DNA from: an uncultured SAR86 cluster bacterium
GTDB taxonomy: Bacteria; Pseudomonadota; Gammaproteobacteria; Magnimaribacterales; D2472
Direction of reading: 5' to 3'
NCBI GenBank assembly: GCA_902528215.1
Contig: CABZRR010000003.1
Location: forward strand, 20,954-84,953
DNA length: 64,000 bases
This document shows positions 31,146-41,519 of the stretch, one piece after another; the stretch's first letter is position 1; each line of letters opens with the position of its first letter. Below the pieces are notes generated by a model. It saw only the letters and a list, made by a program, of their open reading frames with translations. It did not search any database and was not told where the DNA came from. The position numbers were made by a program, and so were the translations under genes.

Positions 31146-32270
31146 GTGGCAAAAGATAGATTAAAAGTTGGTATCATTGCTGCAGAGCACTCAGGTGATA
31201 GACTTGGTGCAAAAATTATTACCTCATTGCAGGAGATGTTTGAAGTTAATTTATATGGTTTAGGTGGCCCTGAACTCAACACTTACTCAATCATTACACC
31301 TTCTGGAATTGACTATCATGATCTTCATGTTATGGGTCTTATTGATCCACTAATTAACCTTCCAAAAATTTTAGTTAATAGAAGAAAACTTTTAAAGCTT
31401 TTTATTTCTAGTGATATAGATATTTTTATTGGCGTTGATTCGCCTGACTTCAATATTTATTTTCATAAAAAACTTAAATCAAACAATGTTAAAACAATTC
31501 AAGTTGTAAGCCCCTCAGTTTGGGCATGGAGAGAAAATAGAATAAAAGCTATTAAAGCATATATAGATTTAACAATGTGTTTATTTAAGTTTGAGTGCGA
31601 TTTTTATGCAAAAAAAAACATGCAAAGCTTTTTTTTGGGGCATCCATTTAATCAACTAAAACCAAAAAATAGAGAAGACATTATAAAAAGGCATAACTTG
31701 GAAGCATCAAATAATTTTATTAGTATTTTGCCAGGAAGTAGGGCAAGTGAAATATCAGAATTAATGCCAGTTTATATTACGGCTGCAAAAAAATTACTCA
31801 ATCAAGATCCAAATGCATATTTTTTAATACCTGCTGCAAATAAAAAATTAGCCTTAAGAATTGAATCAATAAAAGGCATTGATAAAATTCCCCATAAATT
31901 GTCTCTTGACTCTGCGCAGGACTTCCTTGCGCTATCTCCAATTTCAATTGTTACTTCTGGCACAGCCACTCTTGAAGCAGCAGTACTAGGCTCAGTACCT
32001 ATTATTTGCTACAAAACTGACAAGCTTAGCTATGTAATTTTGAGTCGATTGATTAACACACCATTTGTTGGGCTTCCCAATCTATTACTTCAAAAGCAAA
32101 TCTTTCCTGAGTTAATTCAATATAATTTAACACCCGAGTCAATTGTTAAAAGCTATTCAAAAATACTCTCTAAGCCGGAACAATATCAATCTTATATGTC
32201 AGATATAAATGATGCCATGACTGGAAAAGGTTTTGAAATTGCGGCTAGAGAAATAAAGAATTTATTGTGA
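31146..32270 (+). CDS. lpxB: lipid-A-disaccharide synthase
   Basis: GTG start. VGIIAAEHSGDRLGA is the LpxB N-terminus. 374 aa. Confidence 0.93.
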   Translation: MAKDRLKVGIIAAEHSGDRLGAKIITSLQEMFEVNLYGLGGPELNTYSIITPSGIDYHDLHVMGLIDPLINLPKILVNRRKLLKLFISSDIDIFIGVDSPDFNIYFHKKLKSNNVKTIQVVSPSVWAWRENRIKAIKAYIDLTMCLFKFECDFYAKKNMQSFFLGHPFNQLKPKNREDIIKRHNLEASNNFISILPGSRASEISELMPVYITAAKKLLNQDPNAYFLIPAANKKLALRIESIKGIDKIPHKLSLDSAQDFLALSPISIVTSGTATLEAAVLGSVPIICYKTDKLSYVILSRLINTPFVGLPNLLLQKQIFPELIQYNLTPESIVKSYSKILSKPEQYQSYMSDINDAMTGKGFEIAAREIKNLL

Positions 32271-32812
32271 TAATTGCTGGAGTTGATGAGGTTGGAAGAG
32301 GTTGCTTAGCTGGCCCTGTAACAGCAGCAGCAGTAATTTTAAATAAATCTATTTCAGGATTAACAGACTCTAAGAAAATTTCTCGTGCAAAAAGAGAAAG
32401 CCTAGCTCAGAAAATTAGAGAGCAATCTATTTTTAGTTTTGCAAGTATTTCAAATGATAAAATTGATGAAATAAATATTCATCAGGCAACATTGCTTGCC
32501 ATGCAAGAAGCTATAATGAATTTAACTATTACTCCAGATTTAGTTTACGTTGATGGAAAATTTACTCCAGACATTGAAGTAAATTGCAAGGCTGTGATAG
32601 GAGGTGATAAGCTAATTTCAGAAATTTCAGCAGCCTCAATTATTGCTAAAGTACATAGAGATGATCTTATGAATAAGCTTAATAAACAATATCCCAAATA
32701 TGATTTTGCAAACAATAAGGGCTATGGCACTGCACATCACTTAAATGTTCTAAAAGAATCTGGTTATACACCTTGGCACCGAAAATCATTTAAAGGTGTT
32801 ATTGTTTCATGA
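32267..32812 (+). CDS. rnhB: ribonuclease HII
   Basis: IAGVDEVGRGCLAGPV contains the catalytic DEVGRG motif. Confidence 0.94.
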   Translation: MIIAGVDEVGRGCLAGPVTAAAVILNKSISGLTDSKKISRAKRESLAQKIREQSIFSFASISNDKIDEINIHQATLLAMQEAIMNLTITPDLVYVDGKFTPDIEVNCKAVIGGDKLISEISAASIIAKVHRDDLMNKLNKQYPKYDFANNKGYGTAHHLNVLKESGYTPWHRKSFKGVIVS

Positions 32813-35800
32813 TGCAAACTTCCTTTGTTCATCTTCGAGTCTCCTCTGAATTTAGCATCTCTAGAGGCTTGCTTAGAATCAATGAAATTATTGAAAATGC
32901 CCAAAAATTAAAAATGCCATCTGTTGCATTAACGGATTTAAATAATATGTTTGGCATGGTCAAATTTTTTCAAAAGGCAGAGGCTGCAGGAATAAAACCT
33001 ATTGCAGGGACTATCCTAAATTTAGCATCACCTACTGGCGAATTGGGTGAAATTTTGTGCCTTGCAAAAAATAACGATGGCTTAAAACTATTGATGGGAA
33101 TCATCTCAAAATCTCAACTTAAGCAAGAAAATGGTAATATTTCTATATCCTTTGATGATATTAGAAGTTGCGCAGGTAATATCATAGTAATTTCAGGAGG
33201 ACCATCATCTTCAATTTTCAATCTTGTTAAGCATCAGAAAATTCAAGATCTTAAAACAGAATTACTCTCTTTTAAGGAAACTTTTAAAAATGATTTTATT
33301 GTCGAAATTCAAAGATTAGGTAAAATTTTTGAGGAAGAATTTATTCAATGTATTTTGCCAATAGCATCCGAATTTTCAATTCCAGTCATTGCATCAAACG
33401 ACACAATGTTCTCTCAAAAAGAAGATTTTGATACTCATGAGACTAAAGTTTGCATAAATACAGGCAAGACATTAAATGACTCAAATCGAGAAAGACTTTT
33501 TACTTCTGAGCAATATTTTAAATCTACGAAAGACATCTTCACCTTGTTTAGGGATTGCGACCCAGATACTCTAATAAATAATTCGCTTACAATTGCACAA
33601 AAATGTAATGTAACTCTAACAACAGATCAGTACTTTCTTCCAGAATATCCTGTTCCCAAGGAACATGACTTTGATTCATTTCTGTCAGAGCTATCTAATT
33701 CTAAATTGTATGAAATTATAAAATTTTATTCGAAAGAAGATAAACTAATCTATCAAAAACGACTTGATTACGAACTAGCTCAAATCCATGCAACTGGGTT
33801 CTCAAGTTATTTTTTAATAGTTGCAGATTTTATTCAATGGTCTAAAGACAATGATGTACCAGTTGGTCCTGGCAGAGGCTCAGGAGCAGGATCATTAGTC
33901 GCTTTTGCTTTGGGAATTACAGCTCTTGATCCACTGGAGCATAACCTTCTTTTTGAAAGATTTATTAATCCAGAGCGAATATCTATGCCAGATTTTGATA
34001 TTGATTTTTGCATGGATAAAAGAGATTTGGTAATTGATTATGTGGCACAAAAATATGGAAAGTCTGCTGTATCTCAGATTGCAACATTTGGGACTATGGC
34101 TGCTAGGGCTGTAGTCAGGGATGTGGCTAGAGCTCTAGGCAGACCATATGCTTTAGGCGATCGAATTTCAAAGATGATTCCGTTCATTCCAGGCATGACT
34201 CTAGAAAAAGCTATTAATTCTCAGCCAATATTTAAAAAAATGATTCAAGACGAGGATGAAGTGTCTGAAATAATAGATTTAGCTTATAAACTCGAGGGAA
34301 TAGCGAGGAATGTTGGCAAACATGCTGGCGGAATAGTGATTGCACCCGGCTCAATTGCAGATTTTTGTCCAACTTATTTCGATCCGCAATCGAGCTCTTT
34401 GATGACTCAATTTGACAAAGACGATGTTGAGACTATCGGGCTAGTTAAATTTGATTTTTTGGGACTGAGGACTCTTACAGTGATAGATCGTGCGGTAAAG
34501 ACTATTAACGAATATTTAACTCAGCAAAATAAAGAGACATTAGATTTAAATACCTTAACCTTAGATGATCCTAAGGTTTTTGATTTACTTGCCTCTGGAA
34601 GAACCACTGCTGTGTTCCAACTAGAGTCAACAGGCATGAGAGAGTTGATTCGAAGATTAAAACCAACAAAATTTGAAGAAATTGTCGCTTTACTAGCTTT
34701 ATATAGACCAGGTCCTTTGGAATCAGGTATGCATGATGAGTTTGTTAATAGAAAGCATGGAAAGAGTAAAGTAACTTTTCCTCATGAACTACTTGCACCA
34801 GTATTATCAGAGACCTATGGAGTAATTTTGTATCAAGAACAAGTCATGCAAGCCGCACAGGTTTTAGCAGGCTACTCTCTTGGTCAGGCAGATATTTTAC
34901 GCAGAGCCATGGGTAAGAAAAAAGTTGAAGAGATGGAACAGCAAAGACAAATATTTGTGGATGGTTGCTCAAAAAATGATATTAAAAAAGCTACCGCAGA
35001 AAAAATATTTGACCTTATTGAAAAGTTTGCAGGATATGGTTTTAATAAATCTCATTCTGCTGCTTACGCAATGCTTTCATACCAAACTGCGTATTTAAAG
35101 ACATATTTTCCTGAACACTTTATGGCAGCTGTTCTTTCTACAGAATTAGGCAACACGGACAAAATCAGCACTCTCATTAATGAATGCAATGAAATGCAAA
35201 TAAGGGTATTAACCCCAGATATTAAAACATGTAATAAGCATTTCAATGTCAATGCAGATCTGCATATTAAATATGGCCTTGGTGCAATTAAGGGCGTGGC
35301 AGATTCTTTTATTGACCATTTGATTGATGTTCGAGAAAATTATTCATTCAAAGATCTTTTTGATCTTACTAAAAAAGTAAATATACGATTAGGCGGCAAA
35401 AAATCCATTGAAGCTCTTACCAAGGCAGGAGCATTTGATGAGTTAGCTCCATCAAGGTCCATTGCATTGGCTTGCATGGAGGATATGCTCAGAGAGGGGC
35501 AAAAGAATAGTTCTCAAATGGCTGGAACATCTGATCTTTTTGCCTCTATAGATGAAACATTTGATCCATATGAGAAATATCTTAATGTGAAAGATTTATC
35601 TAAAGAAGATCTGCTTAATCATGAAAGAGATGCTCTTGGATATTACTTTTCAGGTCATCCAGTGATTGCAATTGAGAATATGATTGAGAATTTGAGATCT
35701 CACAAAATTAGTGAAGTTACTGATGATGTAAGCAGAGCAAAAATAGTTGGCTTATTAAATTCTTATAGGCAGATAAGAGATAGATCAAATAAACAAATTG

Positions 35801-36264
35801 CCTTTATTAGCTTTGATGACGGCACAGGAACAATGGAAGGAACCATTAATACAGATGTGTTAGAGAGGCACCACTTGTTATTAAAAACAAATGCTATTCT
35901 TATTTTTGCAGGTTCCCTTGAGATTGATGATTACAAATCCAAAGAATTAAATCGGAAAATGTATAAGATGAAAGTTGGATCCGTAATCTCTATAGAATCA
36001 CAAATGAGTCAGGGTAATAACTCCATTATGATAGATGCAAGAAATTTACCAAATGATTCAATACAATCAAATATGGCTCATTTAAAGAATTTAAATGGAG
36101 ATTTTTGGAAGCACGGAAGTTGTAAAATACACATCAAAATTATACATGAGGACTCTGAGGTTATAATAGAACTCGGTGATGAATTTAAACTTATGCCTTC
36201 ATCTGAAAACATAAAAATACTTAAGGATATGTTTGGGGATGAGGCAATTAAATTAAATAAATGA
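32809..36264 (+). CDS. dnaE: DNA polymerase III alpha subunit
   Basis: 1151 aa with the PHP N-terminus FVHLRVSSEFS, the palm motif PDFDIDF, and GYGFNKSHSAAY. Confidence 0.98.
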   Translation: MMQTSFVHLRVSSEFSISRGLLRINEIIENAQKLKMPSVALTDLNNMFGMVKFFQKAEAAGIKPIAGTILNLASPTGELGEILCLAKNNDGLKLLMGIISKSQLKQENGNISISFDDIRSCAGNIIVISGGPSSSIFNLVKHQKIQDLKTELLSFKETFKNDFIVEIQRLGKIFEEEFIQCILPIASEFSIPVIASNDTMFSQKEDFDTHETKVCINTGKTLNDSNRERLFTSEQYFKSTKDIFTLFRDCDPDTLINNSLTIAQKCNVTLTTDQYFLPEYPVPKEHDFDSFLSELSNSKLYEIIKFYSKEDKLIYQKRLDYELAQIHATGFSSYFLIVADFIQWSKDNDVPVGPGRGSGAGSLVAFALGITALDPLEHNLLFERFINPERISMPDFDIDFCMDKRDLVIDYVAQKYGKSAVSQIATFGTMAARAVVRDVARALGRPYALGDRISKMIPFIPGMTLEKAINSQPIFKKMIQDEDEVSEIIDLAYKLEGIARNVGKHAGGIVIAPGSIADFCPTYFDPQSSSLMTQFDKDDVETIGLVKFDFLGLRTLTVIDRAVKTINEYLTQQNKETLDLNTLTLDDPKVFDLLASGRTTAVFQLESTGMRELIRRLKPTKFEEIVALLALYRPGPLESGMHDEFVNRKHGKSKVTFPHELLAPVLSETYGVILYQEQVMQAAQVLAGYSLGQADILRRAMGKKKVEEMEQQRQIFVDGCSKNDIKKATAEKIFDLIEKFAGYGFNKSHSAAYAMLSYQTAYLKTYFPEHFMAAVLSTELGNTDKISTLINECNEMQIRVLTPDIKTCNKHFNVNADLHIKYGLGAIKGVADSFIDHLIDVRENYSFKDLFDLTKKVNIRLGGKKSIEALTKAGAFDELAPSRSIALACMEDMLREGQKNSSQMAGTSDLFASIDETFDPYEKYLNVKDLSKEDLLNHERDALGYYFSGHPVIAIENMIENLRSHKISEVTDDVSRAKIVGLLNSYRQIRDRSNKQIAFISFDDGTGTMEGTINTDVLERHHLLLKTNAILIFAGSLEIDDYKSKELNRKMYKMKVGSVISIESQMSQGNNSIMIDARNLPNDSIQSNMAHLKNLNGDFWKHGSCKIHIKIIHEDSEVIIELGDEFKLMPSSENIKILKDMFGDEAIKLNK

Positions 36265-37205
36265 CTGTTAATATTTTAGAATTTGAGAAACCAATAGCAG
36301 AAGTTGCAGAGAAAATTGCAGCATTGCAATTGGCTGCATCAGATAATCCAGAACTTTTACCTCAAATAGATAAGTTAAAGTCAAAAAAAGCGGCACTGAC
36401 AAAAAAAATATATTCTAAATTGACTATCTGGGAAAAAGTGCAGGTTGCTCGCCATCCAGCAAGGCCGCATACACTTGATTTTATTGAGAGAATCTTTGAT
36501 GAATTCGAGGAACTTCATGGTGACCGTCAATTTGCAGACGATGCCTCATTAGTTGGAGGCATCGCAAAATTAGAAGGTATGTCTGTCATGATTATCGGTC
36601 ACGAAAAGGGTCGAGATACGGAAGAAAAAATTCGAAGAAACTTTGGAATGCCTCAACCAGAAGGTTACAGAAAAGCTAAAAGATTAATGCAACTTGCAGA
36701 GCAATTTAATATGCCAGTCATTACTTTTATCGATACTGCGGGAGCTTATCCAGGTGTAGAGGGCGAGGAAAGGGGACAAAGTGAAGCAATTGCCAGAAAC
36801 CTAGCTGTCATGTCTAGTTTGAAAACTAAAATTTTAGTTGTTGTTTCAGGTGAAGGTGGATCAGGAGGAGCTTTAGCATTGGGTGTAGGCGATCATGTTG
36901 CTATTTTAGAGTACGGTACCTATTCAGTTGCATCACCTGAGGCATGTGCGTCAATAGTTTGGCGAGAATCAGACAAAGCTCCTGAAGCAGCTGAAGCCAT
37001 GAAGGTGGGAGCAAATGATCTTAAAAAAATTGGTATAGTCGACGAGATAATTACCGAGCCTATTGGAGGAGCTCACCAAGATTACGATACGATTTCTGCA
37101 AGTATTAAACTATCATTATTAACAAATATATCTGAGTTATCGAAATTCTCACAAGAGGAGTTACTTCAAAGACGTTATCAACGTTTGCTTAAAATCGGAG
37201 CTTGA
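36261..37205 (+). CDS. accA: acetyl-CoA carboxylase carboxyltransferase alpha subunit
   Basis: LEFEKPI...ARHPARPHTLD...FIDTAGAYPG...GEGGSGGALA. Confidence 0.96.
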   Translation: MTVNILEFEKPIAEVAEKIAALQLAASDNPELLPQIDKLKSKKAALTKKIYSKLTIWEKVQVARHPARPHTLDFIERIFDEFEELHGDRQFADDASLVGGIAKLEGMSVMIIGHEKGRDTEEKIRRNFGMPQPEGYRKAKRLMQLAEQFNMPVITFIDTAGAYPGVEGEERGQSEAIARNLAVMSSLKTKILVVVSGEGGSGGALALGVGDHVAILEYGTYSVASPEACASIVWRESDKAPEAAEAMKVGANDLKKIGIVDEIITEPIGGAHQDYDTISASIKLSLLTNISELSKFSQEELLQRRYQRLLKIGA

Positions 37206-37206
37206 T

Positions 37207-38172
37207 TTGTTTGATCCAGAATCTTTTTTTGATCTAGTAGATCGTAACAAAAATGTAATAGTTGCCTTTAGTGGAGGCGGAGATTCCTCTGCGCTTTTAC
37301 ATTTTTGTTATAAGTTAAATCTCGAAGAGCACTTCCATGCTAGGCTTTCTGCAATTCATGTAAATCATTCGTTAAATAAAGACTCTGATTTATGGGAAGA
37401 TCATTGCAGAAAATTCTGCAAAGACAGAAATATTAATTTTCAAAGCCACGTCGTAGATATAAATACAAAAAAATCTGGTCTTGAATCAGCTGCACGAAAT
37501 GCAAGATATAGTATTTTTAAGACAGTCCTTAAAAAAAATGATCAATTATTAATGGCTCATCATGCAGATGATGTTGCTGAAACAGTTTTATATCGACTTT
37601 TTCGAGGAACTGGACTTGACGGCCTACAAGGCCCAGTTAAAAAACGCACCTTAGGAAAAGGCACGCTTTTAAGACCGTGGCTAGGCTACACTAAATCTCA
37701 ACTATCTGAATATTTATCTTTTCATAATATTGACTTTGTGACTGATAATAGTAACTTTGTGGCCAATCAGGATCGCAATTTTATTCGCCATGAACTTCTT
37801 AAAACAACTTTAAGTCGATGGCCTAATGCAAGCACACAAATTCAAAAAACAGCTGCCTTAGTTGCAAAACATAAGCTCGCTAATGATTATTTAATCAAGA
37901 AACAATTTGGAGAAAATATTAAAGGTCCTAAATTAGAGAGAAAATTCTTGTTAGATCTAGATGAAGAAATTTGTATAGAAATTATCAGATTCTGGATTAA
38001 AGCAAATAATTTTGCCATGCCAAATAAAAAGATAACTGGAGAAATTTTAAAAGCATTTATTTTTTCAAATCCAAGCCCAACGACTCAGGTTCATTGGTCA
38101 AGAGCAGATAATGATCAAAAGAGTGCTTTTTTAACTTTTTCTGATGGCGATTTAATCTTAAATGAGAAATAA
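37207..38172 (+). CDS. tilS: tRNA(Ile)-lysidine synthase (short, 321 aa)
   Basis: TTG start. PP-loop VAFSGGGDSSALL. It follows accA as in Pseudomonas. Confidence 0.88.
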   Translation: MFDPESFFDLVDRNKNVIVAFSGGGDSSALLHFCYKLNLEEHFHARLSAIHVNHSLNKDSDLWEDHCRKFCKDRNINFQSHVVDINTKKSGLESAARNARYSIFKTVLKKNDQLLMAHHADDVAETVLYRLFRGTGLDGLQGPVKKRTLGKGTLLRPWLGYTKSQLSEYLSFHNIDFVTDNSNFVANQDRNFIRHELLKTTLSRWPNASTQIQKTAALVAKHKLANDYLIKKQFGENIKGPKLERKFLLDLDEEICIEIIRFWIKANNFAMPNKKITGEILKAFIFSNPSPTTQVHWSRADNDQKSAFLTFSDGDLILNEK

Positions 38173-38193
38173 TTAATCAATCAGGAGAAAAGT

Positions 38194-38967
38194 ATGAGTT
38201 ATGAAACCATTAGTTTAGAAGTTGAAAATAGAGTAGCAACACTCACTATCAATCGACCAAAAATGATGAATGCTTTCAATGAGCAGCTTGTGTGGGATAT
38301 GGGAGATGCTACTGAAAAGGTAAAAAATGACTCTCAAATTAGAGTTTTAGTTATAACTGGTGAAGGTAGAGGTTTTTCTGCCGGTGCCGACTTAACTGAA
38401 AGAGATGCGTCCTGGTCTGATACCAAAGATGCCTTGTTACGAGGCTATTATCCATTTTTAAAGAACATTATTGAAATGCCAAAACCAGTCATTGGCTCAA
38501 TAAATGGTGCTGCTGCGGGTATCGGTGCCGCATTGGCTATGGCATGTGACTTGAGAATCATGGCCAAAGACTCATATATCATGTCTGTATTCAGCAACAT
38601 TGCATTAGTTCCAGATGGCGGACTCAGTTTTTTATTAACAAGAGCTATTGGATATGCAAGAGCTTTAGAATTTGCAATTGAAGCAAAAAAAATATCTTCT
38701 GCTGATTGTTTGAGCATGGGTATTGCTAACAAGGTAGTGGAATTAGATGCATTATCATCTGAGACAAAAAAATGGGCAGAGCATTTATCCAAGCGTTCAC
38801 CTCAGGCATTATCGCTCACAAAAAAACTTATGAATGATTCAATTACGCAATCATATGATGAAACATTTAAAGCTGAGGCAGAGGCTCAAAATAATATTTT
38901 TGGATCTGATGAAAACATGGAGGGCGTTAAAGCTTTCTTAGAAAAGCGTGAACCTAACTTTAAGTAA
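38194..38967 (+). CDS. enoyl-CoA hydratase/isomerase family protein
   Basis: LTINRPKMMNAF...GEGRGFSAGADL...INGAAAGIGAALA. It is a paralog of 4445..5302. Confidence 0.88.
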   Translation: MSYETISLEVENRVATLTINRPKMMNAFNEQLVWDMGDATEKVKNDSQIRVLVITGEGRGFSAGADLTERDASWSDTKDALLRGYYPFLKNIIEMPKPVIGSINGAAAGIGAALAMACDLRIMAKDSYIMSVFSNIALVPDGGLSFLLTRAIGYARALEFAIEAKKISSADCLSMGIANKVVELDALSSETKKWAEHLSKRSPQALSLTKKLMNDSITQSYDETFKAEAEAQNNIFGSDENMEGVKAFLEKREPNFK

Positions 38968-40630
38968 TTAGCTTGTTTAGCCCTGAGATAATGGCTTGAA
39001 AAGAAGCTTTTGTTGTATTGCCATCGATACCTGCACCCCACTCATTCTTTCCATCCATAGTAAGCTCAATAAATGCAGCAGCTTTTGCGTCAGCACCAGA
39101 GGTAACTGATTGCTGGTGATAGTCTGAAACAGAAATAGATGCTGAAAAGTACTTATTAATTGAGGATATAAAAGCCTCAATTGGACCTCCACCCATAGCT
39201 GAAAGATTAACTTTTTTATTTTTATCTTCTAAAGATATCTCAACTTGATCTGAAGTATTGCCAGATGAGTCCTCAGTTGATGATAGGGCATAATTTAGGA
39301 GCTTGAGTCTACCAGAAACAGAAATATAATTTTCTTCAAATACTTTCCATATGTCTCTAGACATAACTTCCTTGCCAGTATCCTCAGCTACTTTTTGTAC
39401 TTTTTGACTCAGGTTGATTTGCAGTCTTCTTGGAAGAGAGACACCATGATCCTTTTCAAGGATAAAAGAAACTCCACCCTTTCCTGATTGAGAATTTATT
39501 CTTACAACGGCTTCATATGATCTTCCAAGATCTGCAGGATCAATAGGGAGATAAGGCACTTCCCACTCTAGTTGGTTTGACTTCTCTAGAGCACTTAAAC
39601 CTTTTTTAATCGCATCTTGATGAGATCCCGAAAAGGCTGTAAAAACTAAATCACCGGCATATGGATGTCTTGGATGAACAGGAAGTTGATTGCAGTACTC
39701 AACCTCTCTAATCACAGAGTTAATGTCCGAAAAATTAAGCTCAGGATCAATGCCTTGAGTAAGCAGGTTAAGTGCAATAGTGACAATATCAACGTTGCCA
39801 GTTCTTTCTCCATTACCAAATAACGTCCCCTCAACTCTATCAGCTCCTGCCATTAACCCAAATTCAGAAGCTGCAACTGCAGTTCCGCGATCATTATGAG
39901 GATGTAAAGAGAGACAAATACTTTCACGATTTTTTAAATTTTCATTCATCCATTCAATTTGGTCGCCGTATACGTTTGGTGTTGCCATCTCGACTGTTGC
40001 TGGAAGATTGATAATGATTTTTTCAGATGTTGCATCTTTTAAAATATCGACTACAGAATCGCAAACCTCTGCAGCATAATCAAGCTCAGTACCTGTAAAG
40101 CTTTCTGGAGAGTATTCAAAAGACCATTTTGTTTCACTCTGACCCATTGCAAGTTTTTTTATGAGTTGTGCACCGTTGGTTGCTATTTTTTTTATTCCAG
40201 ACTTATCTTGATGAAAAACTACTTTTCTTTGCAACGTGGAAGTCGAGTTATAAAAATGCACTATAGCTTGTGATGCCCCCTCAAGTGATTCAAAAGTTCT
40301 TTCTATAATGTGATCCCTTGCTTGAGTTAAAACTTGTATTGTGACATCTGAAGGAATTTGTTTTTCTTCAATTAACCATCTTACAAATTCAAAGTCAGTT
40401 TCAGATGCAGCCGGAAAACCTACCTCAATTTCTTTGAATCCAAGATCACACAAAAGTTTAAACATTCGTTTTTTTCTCTCATGACCCATGGGTTCAATGA
40501 GGGCTTGATTTCCATCGCGAAGATCCACTGAGCACCAACGTGGTGCTGCTTGAATAACCTTATTTGGCCACTGCCTTCCTTTTAATGGAATAGGCTCAAA
40601 TGGTTTGTATTTTTTTATCAAATCTTTCAT
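38960..40630 (-). CDS. leuA: 2-isopropylmalate synthase (long actinobacterial/pseudomonad type)
   Basis: 556 aa; APRWCSVDLRDGNQAL, LHPHNDRGTAVA, and a C-terminal regulatory domain. Confidence 0.94.
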   Translation of the reverse strand: MKDLIKKYKPFEPIPLKGRQWPNKVIQAAPRWCSVDLRDGNQALIEPMGHERKKRMFKLLCDLGFKEIEVGFPAASETDFEFVRWLIEEKQIPSDVTIQVLTQARDHIIERTFESLEGASQAIVHFYNSTSTLQRKVVFHQDKSGIKKIATNGAQLIKKLAMGQSETKWSFEYSPESFTGTELDYAAEVCDSVVDILKDATSEKIIINLPATVEMATPNVYGDQIEWMNENLKNRESICLSLHPHNDRGTAVAASEFGLMAGADRVEGTLFGNGERTGNVDIVTIALNLLTQGIDPELNFSDINSVIREVEYCNQLPVHPRHPYAGDLVFTAFSGSHQDAIKKGLSALEKSNQLEWEVPYLPIDPADLGRSYEAVVRINSQSGKGGVSFILEKDHGVSLPRRLQINLSQKVQKVAEDTGKEVMSRDIWKVFEENYISVSGRLKLLNYALSSTEDSSGNTSDQVEISLEDKNKKVNLSAMGGGPIEAFISSINKYFSASISVSDYHQQSVTSGADAKAAAFIELTMDGKNEWGAGIDGNTTKASFQAIISGLNKLIT

Positions 40631-40643
40631 GATTGTTATTGCG

Positions 40644-41078
40644 ATGCTATCAAATAAATCTCAATATATTTTATCTAAAATTGGCATTCCTCTTTTTGGA
40701 AATGCAAATAATCCCCAAATTAATGATGAAACAAGAATCTTCTTCTTTCAAAAGGACAATATTCTAACACTACATGCAAATTCTGTAGATGATTACTCTG
40801 AAAAAGAAATGAAGTTGCTTGAAGCTATAGTTGAATCTATTCGTGGACCAAGTGCCTCAGTAACAACTGGAACTCTTTTCACCTCCAATAAGCAGCCAAT
40901 AGAAATTCGTCAATTTTCTGAGATTGAAAACTTAAAGGCAATCATAATATTTTCAAGTTCAATAGAATCTTATATAAAACTAAATGCTATAACCTCTCCT
41001 TCACTAGAAGAGATGCTCATTGATCCAAGTATAAAAAAAAATCTTTGGCAAAAACTTAAGCCTTTGCAAGCAACCTAA
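40644..41078 (+). CDS. holD: hypothetical protein; candidate DNA polymerase III psi subunit
   Basis: - About 144 aa, directly upstream of rimI with a TAATG overlap. This is the conserved holD-rimI arrangement.
- A weak N-terminal resemblance (SQYILSKIGIPLF) and a C-terminal block SPSLEEMLIDPSIKKNLWQKL resemble the psi motif (SP.L..L...P..K..LW).
- The assignment is from memory and is weak. Confidence 0.45.
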   Translation: MLSNKSQYILSKIGIPLFGNANNPQINDETRIFFFQKDNILTLHANSVDDYSEKEMKLLEAIVESIRGPSASVTTGTLFTSNKQPIEIRQFSEIENLKAIIIFSSSIESYIKLNAITSPSLEEMLIDPSIKKNLWQKLKPLQAT

Positions 41079-41518
41079 TGCAAACCAAAATTAGACCTGC
41101 AAGTTCGGATGATATTGAATCTATTGTAGAGATTGAAAATTCTACTAACCTTATGCCGTGGACAAAAGCCCAATTTATTTCATCCATGGAGATTGGACAT
41201 TATTCAACAGTGCTTGAGCATGCTGAGTCAATAATAGGTTTTGCTATCTATTCACCAGTAATTCCTGAATCACATTTACTAAATATCGCAATTGATCCTG
41301 CATATCATCGAAGAGGCCTGGGCGACAAACTTTTAAAACAAGTTATTCTTCAAAATAAAGCTATAGGGGTAAAAGTCATCACCCTCGAGGTGAGAGTTTC
41401 AAATTTAGTTGCTATTAATTTATACAAAAAAAATGGATTTTATAAAGACGCCATTCGACAGGATTACTATAGTAGGCCTTCAAAAGAGGACGCTCTTTTG
41501 ATGAGTATAAAAATTTAA
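41078..41518 (+). CDS. rimI: ribosomal-protein-alanine N-acetyltransferase
   Basis: GNAT fold with IAIDPAYHRRGLGDKLL (acetyl-CoA site) and ...YYSRPSKEDALLM. Confidence 0.85.
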   Translation: MQTKIRPASSDDIESIVEIENSTNLMPWTKAQFISSMEIGHYSTVLEHAESIIGFAIYSPVIPESHLLNIAIDPAYHRRGLGDKLLKQVILQNKAIGVKVITLEVRVSNLVAINLYKKNGFYKDAIRQDYYSRPSKEDALLMSIKI

Positions 41519-41519
41519 C

